From the NCBI GenBank assembly GCA_963726435.1, contig CAVSCJ010000005.1, positions 81,452 through 145,451 of the forward strand: a stretch of 64,000 nucleotides of DNA, written 5' to 3'. Numbering within the stretch: the stretch's first letter is position 1; each line of letters begins with the position of its first letter. A model generated the notes under the pieces. That model ran no database searches and was not told where the DNA came from. It worked only from the letters and a program-made list of their open reading frames with translations. The position numbers and the translations under genes were made by a program. The DNA is from an uncultured Coriobacteriia bacterium (GTDB lineage: Bacteria > Actinomycetota > Coriobacteriia > Anaerosomatales > PALSA-660). This document shows positions 21,159 to 30,136 of this stretch, one piece after another.

Positions 21159-21407
21159 TCAGGCGCTGATCAGGCGCTGGATCCGGGACTTGTCGTAGCC
21201 GACGACGACTTCGTCGCCGATCACCACGACCGGGAAGGAGGTCCCGCCGGACAGCCGCTGTACCTCGTCGATGGCGTCGTTGCGCGCGGCCCCGGCGAGC
21301 TTGTCGACCTCGACGACATCGTATGCGACGCCGCTGTCGTCCAAGAACGCTCGGGCCTGATGGCAGTACGGGCACGTCGAAAGGGCGTAGACCTTGATCG
21401 GCGGCAC
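21159..21407 (-). CDS. Glutaredoxin-like protein (CPYC).
   Basis: 82 aa: IKVYALSTCPYCHQARAFLDDSGVAYDVVEVD...TSFPVVVIGDEVVVGYD. GTG 21407 follows GAAAGGAG. Confidence 0.85.
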   Translation of the reverse strand: MPPIKVYALSTCPYCHQARAFLDDSGVAYDVVEVDKLAGAARNDAIDEVQRLSGGTSFPVVVIGDEVVVGYDKSRIQRLISA

Positions 21408-21504
21408 GGGAACTCCTTTCGGCGTGCTGGTGGTTCGATGGGACGGCGCTGGGCGGCCTCCTGGTGTATGTTCCCCCTCAGGCGTCTCCGTCACGAGGAG
21501 AACC

Positions 21505-22101
21505 ATGGGTCGCAAGTATGAGAAGACGTCGGGCGAAGCGGGCAACGAGAAGCCCGGCACCCAGGCCACGGCGGTCCGGGGCCGGGCACTGCTCATCGTT
21601 CTCGGGACCCTGATAGCGCTCATCGCGCTCTCCGCAGGCGTCTGGTGGCTGACGGTGTGGTCCGGGAGCGAACGGCCCTCCGCCACGCAGGCCACGGAGC
21701 TCACCGCCCTGTCCGAGCGACTGGACGCCGTGACCGCGGCCATCACACCGATCGCCGTGGCCTTCACATCCGAGGCCGCCACGGCGCCGATCGACGTCGC
21801 ATCCTACCGGTCCCGCATAGCGTCCGCGCGGCAGGTCGTGGACCAGGTGAACGGGATCGCCGTCGCAGGCCCCGAGGCCCTGCAGGTCCGCGATCTGATA
21901 GTCACCGGCGGCTCCCAGGTGCTCGAGGGCCTCGATCTCGCTCTGGATGCCGCCGAGAGCGACGAGGCGAGTGCCACCGGGCCGGCGGCCATCGAGGTCG
22001 AGGCCGGCATGCAGTCGCTCAAGGAGGCCCGCGACCTTCTCGACACTCTGCTCGGGCGAACGTCGCTGACGGGATCGGACGAATGCGCTGCGGTGACCTG
22101 A
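21505..22101 (+). CDS. Hypothetical single-pass membrane protein.
   Basis: ATG follows AGGAG. TM helix ALLIVLGTLIALIALSAGVWWL, then an Ala-rich helical ectodomain. The stop abuts the next gene's start. Confidence 0.65.
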   Translation: MGRKYEKTSGEAGNEKPGTQATAVRGRALLIVLGTLIALIALSAGVWWLTVWSGSERPSATQATELTALSERLDAVTAAITPIAVAFTSEAATAPIDVASYRSRIASARQVVDQVNGIAVAGPEALQVRDLIVTGGSQVLEGLDLALDAAESDEASATGPAAIEVEAGMQSLKEARDLLDTLLGRTSLTGSDECAAVT

Positions 22102-23856
22102 GTGGCCGACATCCGTAGAGGCCGCGACTCCCGTCCCGCGCCGCGCCGGCGCAGGAGGCGGCCAGGCCCGGGCCGCCGCGTCCTCGAGGCGCTCTTGGTG
22201 ATCGGCCTGATCGCAGCCATCGCGGGAGGCGCCTGGGCCTTGGCCGGCCCCGGTGCGGGATCGCTCTCGAGGCTGCTGGCGGGCGCTGCCCCGGCCGACA
22301 CGACGACCGCGCCGGTAGCGACTTCCACCGCCTCGCCCTCCACAGAGGAGACGGGCGGCACCGTCCCGGCTCAGCCGACCACCGTCGCTCCCGCTCCCGG
22401 ACTGCCGACCGACGAAGGCGACGGCGTCAAGATCGGAACCTATCTGGGCAACGCGTCGCGCACCTTCTACGGCATCGGCCCGGTCCCGCAGAAGCTCAAG
22501 GTGATCTGGCGCAACCGGATCGGCACCGGACAGACCTCGGGGACGAAGCGGTCCCACGGAGTCACCAACTGGTCGGGCACGGGTTGGACCGGACAGCCGA
22601 CCATCATCCGCGACGCCGGCAAGCTCAGCCTGGTGATCGGCGGCTTCGACCACGGGCTGCGGCGCATAGACGCCAAGACCGGCGAGACGGTGTGGCGCTA
22701 CGAGTTCCCGGACGTCATCAAGGGCACCAACACCATCTGGATCGATCCGAACGCGACGAGCGAGACCACGCGGATACGTGTCATCGCGGGCTCACGCAGG
22801 GGGATGGGATTCACCCTCGCGTCCTCTGGGATCGCCCCGGTGCGTTGCGTGTCGTTCGCCACCGGCCGCGAGCTGTGGCGGCTGCCGGTGCGTCGCACCC
22901 AGTCCTACAGCCGCGACGCCGACGCCTCGGCGATCGTTCTCGACGGATCCGTCTATCAGGGGGTCGAGTCCGCGGACTTCTACAAGCTCGATCCGAACAA
23001 GACGAAGAGCCTGACCATCGGGGGCCACACCTACAGGCGGCCCGTCGTGCTCGCCTCCGCGCTGCTCTACGAGAAGGGCGACCCCGCGGCCCACGGCGGC
23101 AACGTCGTGTTCGAGGCCTCGCCCTGCATGATCGGCGACACGATCTACGCGGCGGCGGGAGCAGGGCGCGTCTACGGCCTGCGCATGAGCGACCTGAAGA
23201 AGGTCTGGCAGTACCGAACGGGATCGGACCTGGACGGCACTCCGGCCGCCACGAAGGACGGATACCTGCTGGTGGCGCTCGACCACGAGTACATCAGGGG
23301 CCGAGGCGGGGTGATCAAGCTCGACCCACGCAAGAGCGGCAAGGCAGCCGCACTCTGGTATCTGCCGACCGAGAACCGCAACTTCGCCGACTGGAGCGGC
23401 GGGATCATCGGGTCGGTGTCGGTCAACGACTCCTACGACACGGACAACACCCGCCCGCCGCTCGCGGCCTGCGTCGCGATCGACGGCAACATCTACGTCT
23501 TCTCCCAGAACGAGACGAAGGGCACGGCGATCGTGTACGACGGCAAGACACGGATGCCGACTCCGATCGTCGTTTACAAGCACAACGTCGGAGGCGCGAT
23601 CTCGACCCCGATCATGGTCGACGACTACATCATCGCGGCCGGCTACGACAGCCGGGTCAAGGTCTACAGGGTCCGATACGACGACCCTAAGGGCGTGGCC
23701 CTCAAGACGCGCGACGGCAAGACGGCGCACGTGAGCGTGAGGCTGGTCGACTCGCTGCAACTGGGCGGGACGATCGAGTCGACGCCGGTAGTGTGGAACG
23801 GTCGGATATATGTAGGGTGCCGCGACGGGTACTTCTACTGCATCGGAGAGAAGTAG
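22102..23856 (+). CDS. Membrane-anchored PQQ-like beta-propeller repeat protein.
   Basis: 584 aa. Arg-rich N-terminus plus a TM helix, a Thr/Pro linker, then repeated propeller blades (DAKTGETVWRY, ATGRELWRL, DLKKVWQY, GRIYVGCRDGYFYC). Confidence 0.8.
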   Translation: MADIRRGRDSRPAPRRRRRRPGPGRRVLEALLVIGLIAAIAGGAWALAGPGAGSLSRLLAGAAPADTTTAPVATSTASPSTEETGGTVPAQPTTVAPAPGLPTDEGDGVKIGTYLGNASRTFYGIGPVPQKLKVIWRNRIGTGQTSGTKRSHGVTNWSGTGWTGQPTIIRDAGKLSLVIGGFDHGLRRIDAKTGETVWRYEFPDVIKGTNTIWIDPNATSETTRIRVIAGSRRGMGFTLASSGIAPVRCVSFATGRELWRLPVRRTQSYSRDADASAIVLDGSVYQGVESADFYKLDPNKTKSLTIGGHTYRRPVVLASALLYEKGDPAAHGGNVVFEASPCMIGDTIYAAAGAGRVYGLRMSDLKKVWQYRTGSDLDGTPAATKDGYLLVALDHEYIRGRGGVIKLDPRKSGKAAALWYLPTENRNFADWSGGIIGSVSVNDSYDTDNTRPPLAACVAIDGNIYVFSQNETKGTAIVYDGKTRMPTPIVVYKHNVGGAISTPIMVDDYIIAAGYDSRVKVYRVRYDDPKGVALKTRDGKTAHVSVRLVDSLQLGGTIESTPVVWNGRIYVGCRDGYFYCIGEK

Positions 23857-23901
23857 GCCCCGTCGCGGGCGGATGGCGACGATGAAGCGAGGACTCCCGG
23901 G

Positions 23902-24756
23902 ATGTGCCAGTTCTGCGTGCAGCACGGTGATGGCAAGTCATGGTATCTCCAGGCCAGCGCCTACGCCTACGACCTCGACAGCGATCTGAAGAGGCGCGAG
24001 TACCTGCTCGACTTCGTGAAGGACTTCGGACGCGGCCGCACCTTCGCGCTCACCAACCTCGACCGCCTCGAGAAGCTGCCGGCGCCTCTGCGCGACCTGG
24101 GCCGCGGCGTCGCCAGCGCGCGCATGAAGCTCTACCACTACGGGCAGCCGGTGCCCATAGAGGAGTGCGAGGCGATCTTCGATATCGCGACCTCGGTCGT
24201 GCGGATCCCATGCCCGTGCCGCTATGAGGCGGGGACCAAGGACGAGGGGTATTGCCTGGCCATCACGACGAAACCGATCGACGGAGTCCTTGACGAAGCC
24301 TTCGCGGACTACGAGGTCGGACCGGATCTGGCGAAGTTCGAGCGGCTGACCAAAGAGCAGGCGGTCGCGCTGCTCCAGCGGTCAGAGGGAGAGGGATGCA
24401 TGCACTCGGTGTGGACCTTCGTCACGCCGTTCATAGGCGCCATCTGCAACTGCAGCCTGGAGTCGGGCTGCATGGCGATGCGGATAACGGTCGAGCACCA
24501 GACGCCGATCATGCTGAAGGGCCACTACCTGGCGAGCGCGAACCTCGAGGAGTGCGTGGGCTGCGCCGAGTGTGTCGAGCGATGCCCATTCTCGGCGATC
24601 GCTATCGGCCCCGGCCACAAGCGCGCGATCGTCGATGCTGAGAAGTGCTACGGCTGCGGGGTCTGCCGCTCCGCTTGCGAGTACGGCGCCCTGTCGCTGC
24701 GCGAACGCGAGGGTGCTCCCGGGGGCCTGCTGGTCGCGAGCGCCGCGACCGCTTAG
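23902..24756 (+). CDS. 4Fe-4S dicluster domain protein with an uncharacterised Cys-rich N-terminal domain.
   Basis: N-terminus MCQFCVQHGDGKSWY, then PCPCRYE and ICNCSLESGC. Two ferredoxin motifs: CVGCAECVERCP and CYGCGVCRSACE. Confidence 0.8.
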   Translation: MCQFCVQHGDGKSWYLQASAYAYDLDSDLKRREYLLDFVKDFGRGRTFALTNLDRLEKLPAPLRDLGRGVASARMKLYHYGQPVPIEECEAIFDIATSVVRIPCPCRYEAGTKDEGYCLAITTKPIDGVLDEAFADYEVGPDLAKFERLTKEQAVALLQRSEGEGCMHSVWTFVTPFIGAICNCSLESGCMAMRITVEHQTPIMLKGHYLASANLEECVGCAECVERCPFSAIAIGPGHKRAIVDAEKCYGCGVCRSACEYGALSLREREGAPGGLLVASAATA

Positions 24757-27275
24757 CCGAGCGGGCCCGCCGGCTCTCCCAGCTCGATGCGGACCGACTC
24801 CGGCGCGACGCTGCACAGCAGATCGGCCATCGCGGGATGGCACGTGAGGAAGACGACCTGCCGACGCTCGGAGAGGTCGGCGACGGCCTCGGCCGCGGGC
24901 CGCAGCCGCTCGGGGTCGAAGTTCACGAGAACGTCGTCCATCAGGACGGGGAGTCCCGCGGCGACCTCCCCGAGCTGATCGACCAGCCCGAGGCGCAGTG
25001 CCAGGTAGAGCTGCTCGACGGTGCCTCGCGAGAGCCTGTCGGGAGTGATCGGGGCACCCGAGGAATCGAACACCTCGATGTCGTTCGTGCCCAGAGGGAT
25101 CGCGATCCTCGGGTAGCGTCCGCCGGTCATTCGGCTGAGCGCGGCCTCCGCGCGTTTGACGACCTCCGGCTGCCGCTCGAACTCGTAGAGTCTCTGGGCG
25201 CGAGACATCAGTTCCGAGGCCAGCGCCAGAACTGCGTAGTCCTGGACGGAGACAGCGATCTTCTCCGTCGCCGTCTCTTCTTCGAGGCGCAACACGGCCA
25301 AGCGGTCCTCCCGGCCCTCTGCGGCGATCCTCGCCCGCAGGGTCGCGGCCTCGTCGGTCAGGGCCTCGACAGCCCGCAACGCGTCGTCGGCCTCGAGCCG
25401 CGCGACGGACTCGAGTCTGCGCGCCTCCTCGATGCCCCCCTCGGCCACTCCCGCGGCGGCCAGTTCCGCCGAGACCGACCCGACGAGATCCTCCGACCGC
25501 TTCGACTCGAGCGACGCCTCCCTGTCGAGACGATCGGCGAGCACGAGCGCCTCTGCCCGGAGGCGCTCCGCTTCAGCCGCTGACTCGACCCGGGCCGAAG
25601 CGCGTCCGACCAGTTCGATGCAGCGATCGGCCGACACTGCATCGGGCTCCTCGCCCAGGAGCGGAGCCACCTCCGCTCGCACCCGCCCGACGAAGAGCGC
25701 GACACGCTCCCCATCCGATGCGATCCTCTCCCTCACGCTCTTTCGCTCGCGGTCGCCCAAGCGCACCTCGCGCGCGGCCTGGAGGCGGGCCTGTACGGCG
25801 GCCGGCCTCTCGACGCCGGTACCCAGCCCCCACGCGCGAACCTGCTCTGACCACGCGGCGGCGCGCTCTTCGAGAGCGCGTGTCGCACTCTCAGCCGCGG
25901 CGCCGGTCGTGGCGCAGCGGGTGAGCGCGGCATCTCTGCCCGTGCCGGCGACCGGCCGTGCCGTTCGGACGAACAGGAACGCCACCCCGGCCACAGTGAC
26001 CACGCCGGCGAACACGGCGAGGCTGGCCTGCCCGAGCGCCAGACCGGCGACGAGACCGGCGACTCCCAGGGCGGCCGCCACGACCGCAGGCAGCGGGAAC
26101 GTGCGGACGAAACCGGCTCCTCCGTCCCCGTCCGTTCCGCTGCCGGCCGCCTGCGCCGCGGCGCTGTCCCGCGCCTCCGACGCGACATCCGCGCGGGCGC
26201 TCAGCTTGTCCAACTCCGCGCGCGCCGCCTCGATCTCCGCGGCGAGGCCATCGTCGGCCGTCGCGGCCAGCGCCTGCTCCTCGGACCAGCCGGCCCCGTC
26301 CAGCGACGCGCGGATGCGCCCCTCCAGTTCGATCAGCCTGCTGCGCTGCTCCGCGAGGGCGGCGAGCCGCTCGCCGAAGGCCGGAGCGTCCACCACCAGG
26401 CCGCGCACCGCGTCGGCGAGCCGCGCCGCGTCGGCATCGGCCGGCACCGCGTCCGCTGACGCACGCGCTTCTCCGGCCTGTCTTGCCAGGTCCCGTGCCC
26501 CGCCGGCGGCGGTTGTCGACTCCTTCACCATGCGGTCGGCCTCGGCCACGGTCCGGGCGAGCAGTTCGGCGCGCGACTGCGTCTCCACACGCGAACGCCT
26601 GGCCGACTCGATGCGCTCCCCGACGTCCGCGAGAAGAACGGCGTCCGCTCTCAAGCCGTCCGCCTCGCTCTCGAGCTGGCGGATCCCGGCCCGCACGACG
26701 TCCCGGTCCGACTTGGCCTTGTTCACCGCCGACGTGGTTCCACGCCTCTTCCACAGCGCGTCCATCCGTTCGGCGAGCTCCGTGCGGATATCGGCCGGGC
26801 TGACCGCGAGACCCGCCCCCGCGGCGTAGAGCCGGGACATCAGGTCGGCATCCTTGCCCTTGAGCTGGTCGAGTTGCTGCATCTCTGAGAGCCCGAAGCC
26901 GAGCACGACCCGGTAGGCACTCCGGCTCACCCCGCGGACGAGCTCGTCGACAAGACCGTCGCGCGGAGGGCCGGACAGCGCGTGCACCGTCACCGCACCG
27001 CCGTGCGGCCCCTCGATGCGCTCGACGACCCACTCTCCGCCGTCATCGCGGAACACCAGCCTGCCCTGCCGCTTACCCCCGGACGCGGGCAGGTACGGGT
27101 TCTCGTCGCCGCGCTGCGTCGGAAAGCCGTAGAGCACGTAGCGCACGAAGGCCGTGAGGCTGCTCTTCCCGGCTTCGTTGGGCCCGACGACCACGGTCAG
27201 TTTCGGCGACAGGTCGCCCACGCGGCAGCCGCCGATGCGGCCGAAGCGCTCAGGCTCGATGCGTGCCAGCCTCAT
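24753..27275 (-). CDS. YhaN/SbcC-like AAA ATPase with a long coiled coil and a central hydrophobic hairpin.
   Basis: 840 aa from ATG 27275, which overlaps the upstream stop as ATGA. Walker A GPNEAGKSS, Ala/Arg/Glu-rich coiled coil, C-terminal SRGTVEQLYLALRLGL and PVLMDDVLVNFD. Confidence 0.85.
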   Translation of the reverse strand: MRLARIEPERFGRIGGCRVGDLSPKLTVVVGPNEAGKSSLTAFVRYVLYGFPTQRGDENPYLPASGGKRQGRLVFRDDGGEWVVERIEGPHGGAVTVHALSGPPRDGLVDELVRGVSRSAYRVVLGFGLSEMQQLDQLKGKDADLMSRLYAAGAGLAVSPADIRTELAERMDALWKRRGTTSAVNKAKSDRDVVRAGIRQLESEADGLRADAVLLADVGERIESARRSRVETQSRAELLARTVAEADRMVKESTTAAGGARDLARQAGEARASADAVPADADAARLADAVRGLVVDAPAFGERLAALAEQRSRLIELEGRIRASLDGAGWSEEQALAATADDGLAAEIEAARAELDKLSARADVASEARDSAAAQAAGSGTDGDGGAGFVRTFPLPAVVAAALGVAGLVAGLALGQASLAVFAGVVTVAGVAFLFVRTARPVAGTGRDAALTRCATTGAAAESATRALEERAAAWSEQVRAWGLGTGVERPAAVQARLQAAREVRLGDRERKSVRERIASDGERVALFVGRVRAEVAPLLGEEPDAVSADRCIELVGRASARVESAAEAERLRAEALVLADRLDREASLESKRSEDLVGSVSAELAAAGVAEGGIEEARRLESVARLEADDALRAVEALTDEAATLRARIAAEGREDRLAVLRLEEETATEKIAVSVQDYAVLALASELMSRAQRLYEFERQPEVVKRAEAALSRMTGGRYPRIAIPLGTNDIEVFDSSGAPITPDRLSRGTVEQLYLALRLGLVDQLGEVAAGLPVLMDDVLVNFDPERLRPAAEAVADLSERRQVVFLTCHPAMADLLCSVAPESVRIELGEPAGPLG

Positions 27276-28519
27276 CGCGCACCGTCCTCGAGCATCTCGA
27301 GGCACAGATCCCGCGCCCGGAGCAGCAGCTCCTCCTGCGACAGATCGCGCTCCACCACGCCGACGGTCGACTCCAAGGGCGCCAAGATCTCTGCGAGCAG
27401 CTTCTCCACCCCACCCTGCTCGGCGGCCAGCTCGTCGACCAGGCGGACCAGGTCGCCGGCGAAGTCCTGCGACCCCCGGAGCCGATCGATGTCGAGGCAG
27501 GCGGCCGTGTGGTCGGAGACGCGGTCGATCCAGACCCACGGATCGGCGGCGAGCTGCTCCCCGCGCAGTTCCGCGAGCAGGTCGGCCATCTCCGTCCCCC
27601 GGACGAGTGCTTCGTGGGCCTCGCTGCGGCCGGTCATCTCGATCCGGGCGATGGCCGGCCGCCCGTCGGCATCCGCGCGCACCTCCTCGCATGCGCGGCG
27701 CAGCAGATCCCGGACGTCCTCGGCGTCAGCGCACGTCGAAGCGTCCACGCCGGCGCGGGACCACACTATCGAGCACAGGGGGCGGAACTCGACCGTCGCA
27801 CCCGACGGACCGACCTCGACGAGGTAACAGCCGTGCGCGCCCGTCTCCTTGGGATTGAGGCCCTGCGGGCTGCCTGCGTAGACGATCGCGGGCGAGGTCG
27901 AGAGGACCTCCGGCTTGTGGATGTGCCCGAGCGCCCAGTAGTCCATCCGCGCCCCGCGCAAGGCCTCCATCGAGGCGGGCGCGTAGTCGAGGTAGCCCTC
28001 GCGGCCGCCTACATTCGCGTGCAGCACGCCGATCGCGATACCGCCGCCTTCGAGCCGGCGGAAGCCCGAAGCCAGGTCGCGCTTCTCGGCCGCGTGCTCG
28101 TAGCTGCGCCCGTAGAGGGTGCAGAGAAGCTCTCCGTCGCGTTCGACCGGCACGGCCTCGACCTCGGCGGTGGAGAAGTACCGGACCGTCCCGGGAAGCG
28201 CCGGGCCGGAGGACCAGGCGTCGGCCGGATCGTGGTTGCCGCGAGAGATGTAGACCGGGATGGCGGCGTCGGCCAAGCGCTGCATCGCCGCCTGGAAGCG
28301 GAAGCGCGCCGGAGTGCTCTTGTCGCCGCCGTTGAAGACGTCGCCCGCCAGCAGCAGGAAGTCGACCTTCTCTTCAAGGGAGAGCGTGACGATGCGGTCG
28401 AGCGACTCGGGGATCGAAGCCACCAGCGCCGCCCGCACGCGAGGGTCGGAAGCGTCGACGCCCGAGAACGGAGCACCGAGGTGCAGGTCGGCTGCATGCA
28501 CGAATCTGACGGGCCGCAT
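27272..28519 (-). CDS. YhaO/SbcD-like metallophosphoesterase (DNA repair exonuclease family).
   Basis: FVHAADLHLG, LLLAGDVFN, ISRGNHD, GVLHANV and ALGHIH calcineurin-like motifs. ATG 28519 follows GGGGAG. Confidence 0.87.
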   Translation of the reverse strand: MRPVRFVHAADLHLGAPFSGVDASDPRVRAALVASIPESLDRIVTLSLEEKVDFLLLAGDVFNGGDKSTPARFRFQAAMQRLADAAIPVYISRGNHDPADAWSSGPALPGTVRYFSTAEVEAVPVERDGELLCTLYGRSYEHAAEKRDLASGFRRLEGGGIAIGVLHANVGGREGYLDYAPASMEALRGARMDYWALGHIHKPEVLSTSPAIVYAGSPQGLNPKETGAHGCYLVEVGPSGATVEFRPLCSIVWSRAGVDASTCADAEDVRDLLRRACEEVRADADGRPAIARIEMTGRSEAHEALVRGTEMADLLAELRGEQLAADPWVWIDRVSDHTAACLDIDRLRGSQDFAGDLVRLVDELAAEQGGVEKLLAEILAPLESTVGVVERDLSQEELLLRARDLCLEMLEDGAR

Positions 28520-28699
28520 CCGGCTCCCCACTGGCTCAGGTCGTCTGCTACCGGGCGCTGCCCATCGTAGCGCACGCGGCTGACAGCACTCCGCGCGCGT
28601 CCCCGCCCGTGGCGGTACGATGCAGGCACCATCTTCTCGGGCAGGGCACCTTCCGACAGCGGTCCGACGGGTCCACGCGCGACAGCGCGCAGAACGCGG

Positions 28700-28707
28700 T
28701 ATACAAT
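28700..28707 (+). promoter_or_regulatory. Candidate -10 box TATACAAT upstream of the COG2403 gene.
   Basis: AT-rich octamer about 60 nt upstream of the start, flanked by GC-rich inverted repeats. Confidence 0.3.
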
Positions 28708-28766
28708 GCGCGGGCTGAAGTATGCAGGCATGAGACCGCAGCCAGCGCAAACACAGGGAGATGAGC

Positions 28767-30101
28767 ATGGATCGTATGCGGACCGTCATCATGGGCGCCG
28801 CCGGGCGCGACTTCCACGACTTCCAGGTCCTGTACCGCGACGACCCCTCCGTGGAGGTGGTGGCGTTCACCGCCACCCAGATCCCGGGGATCGACTGCCG
28901 GACCTACCCCGCAGCGATCGCCGGCCCGCTCTACCCCGACGGTATCCCGATCGTCCCCGAGGCCGGTCTGGCCGAGCTCATCCGTGAGAAGGACATCGCG
29001 AAGGTGATCTTCGCCTACTCGGACGTGTCGCACCTCGACGTCATGCACAAGGCGTCTATCGTCCTGGCCGCCGGGGCGGACTTCGAACTTCTCGCTGCCG
29101 AGCGCACCATGCTCGCCTCCACCAAGCCCGTGATCTCGATCTGCGCCGTCCGTACGGGCGTCGGCAAGTCGGGCATCTCTCGCTACGTTTGGGAGCTGCT
29201 CGCCGAGCACGGCCTTCGCGGCGTCGACATCCGCCACCCCATGCCCTATCGCGACCTCACGACGATGCGTGTCGAGCGCTACGCGTCCCTGGCCGACCTG
29301 GACGAACTCGGCGTGACGCTCGAGGAGCGCGAGGAGTACGAGCACCTCATCCAGGTCGGCGCGGTCGTGATGGCCGGCGTCGACTACCGCGACATCCTGC
29401 GCGCGGCCGAGGCGGAGGCCGACGTCGTGATCTGGGACGGCGGCAACAACGACACGCCTTTCGTACGCCCGGACCTCGAGATCGTCGCGCTGGACCCTCA
29501 CCGCCCGGGACACGAGAGGCTCTACCACCCCGGCGAGGTCAACTTCCTGCGCGCGCAGGCGCTCGTCATCAACAAGGTCGACACGGCGGACCCGGCCAAC
29601 GTCGCCGATCTTCGGGAGGCAGCCAGACTCTACAACCCGGGCGCGACGCTGATCGAGACGGACTCGACGGTGGTGGTCGCCGGCGGGGACGAGCAGCTGC
29701 GCGGGAAGCGCGTGCTCGTCATCGAGGACGGGCCGACGGTCACCCACGGCGGCATGCCCTACGGCGCTGGAGTCGTGGCCGCGCGGCGCGCGGGCGCCGA
29801 GATCGTCGACCCGCGACCCTACGCGGCCGGCTCGCTCCGGGAGGTCTTCGCCTCTTGGCCGCACATCACCGAGGTCCTGCCCGCGATGGGCTACTCCCCT
29901 GAGCAGCTGGCCGACCTGGCGGCCACCATCGCCGCCGTCCCCTGCGACGCCGTAGTCATCGCCACGCCGATCGACTTGAGCCGACTCATCGACATCCCAC
30001 AGAAGGCGGTGCGCGTCACGTACGGCGTCGCCGATCGCGGCGAGCCGACGATACGCGGACTCGTCGAGACCTTCCTGCGCGAGCGCAGGCTGATCGCCTA
30101 G
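28767..30101 (+). CDS. COG2403-type P-loop protein (resembles cyclic 2,3-diphosphoglycerate synthetase; also seen annotated as a predicted GTPase).
   Basis: RTVIMGAAGRDFHDFQVLYRDDP.VEVVAFTATQIPGI, VIFAYSDVSH, KPVISICAVRTGVGKSG, RHPMPYRDL, TLEEREEYEHLI, VIWDGGNNDTPF. The start is 28761, 28767 or 28776. Confidence 0.75.
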   Translation: MDRMRTVIMGAAGRDFHDFQVLYRDDPSVEVVAFTATQIPGIDCRTYPAAIAGPLYPDGIPIVPEAGLAELIREKDIAKVIFAYSDVSHLDVMHKASIVLAAGADFELLAAERTMLASTKPVISICAVRTGVGKSGISRYVWELLAEHGLRGVDIRHPMPYRDLTTMRVERYASLADLDELGVTLEEREEYEHLIQVGAVVMAGVDYRDILRAAEAEADVVIWDGGNNDTPFVRPDLEIVALDPHRPGHERLYHPGEVNFLRAQALVINKVDTADPANVADLREAARLYNPGATLIETDSTVVVAGGDEQLRGKRVLVIEDGPTVTHGGMPYGAGVVAARRAGAEIVDPRPYAAGSLREVFASWPHITEVLPAMGYSPEQLADLAATIAAVPCDAVVIATPIDLSRLIDIPQKAVRVTYGVADRGEPTIRGLVETFLRERRLIA

Positions 30102-30113
30102 TCCCCGGCGCCG

Positions 30114-30132
30114 CCGCGGACCGGCACCGCGG
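30114..30132. terminator. Hairpin CCGCGG-N7-CCGCGG between convergent genes.
   Basis: Read directly from the sequence. It lies in the 35-nt gap between the stops at 30101 (+) and 30137 (-). Confidence 0.3.
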
Positions 30133-30136
30133 GCGA

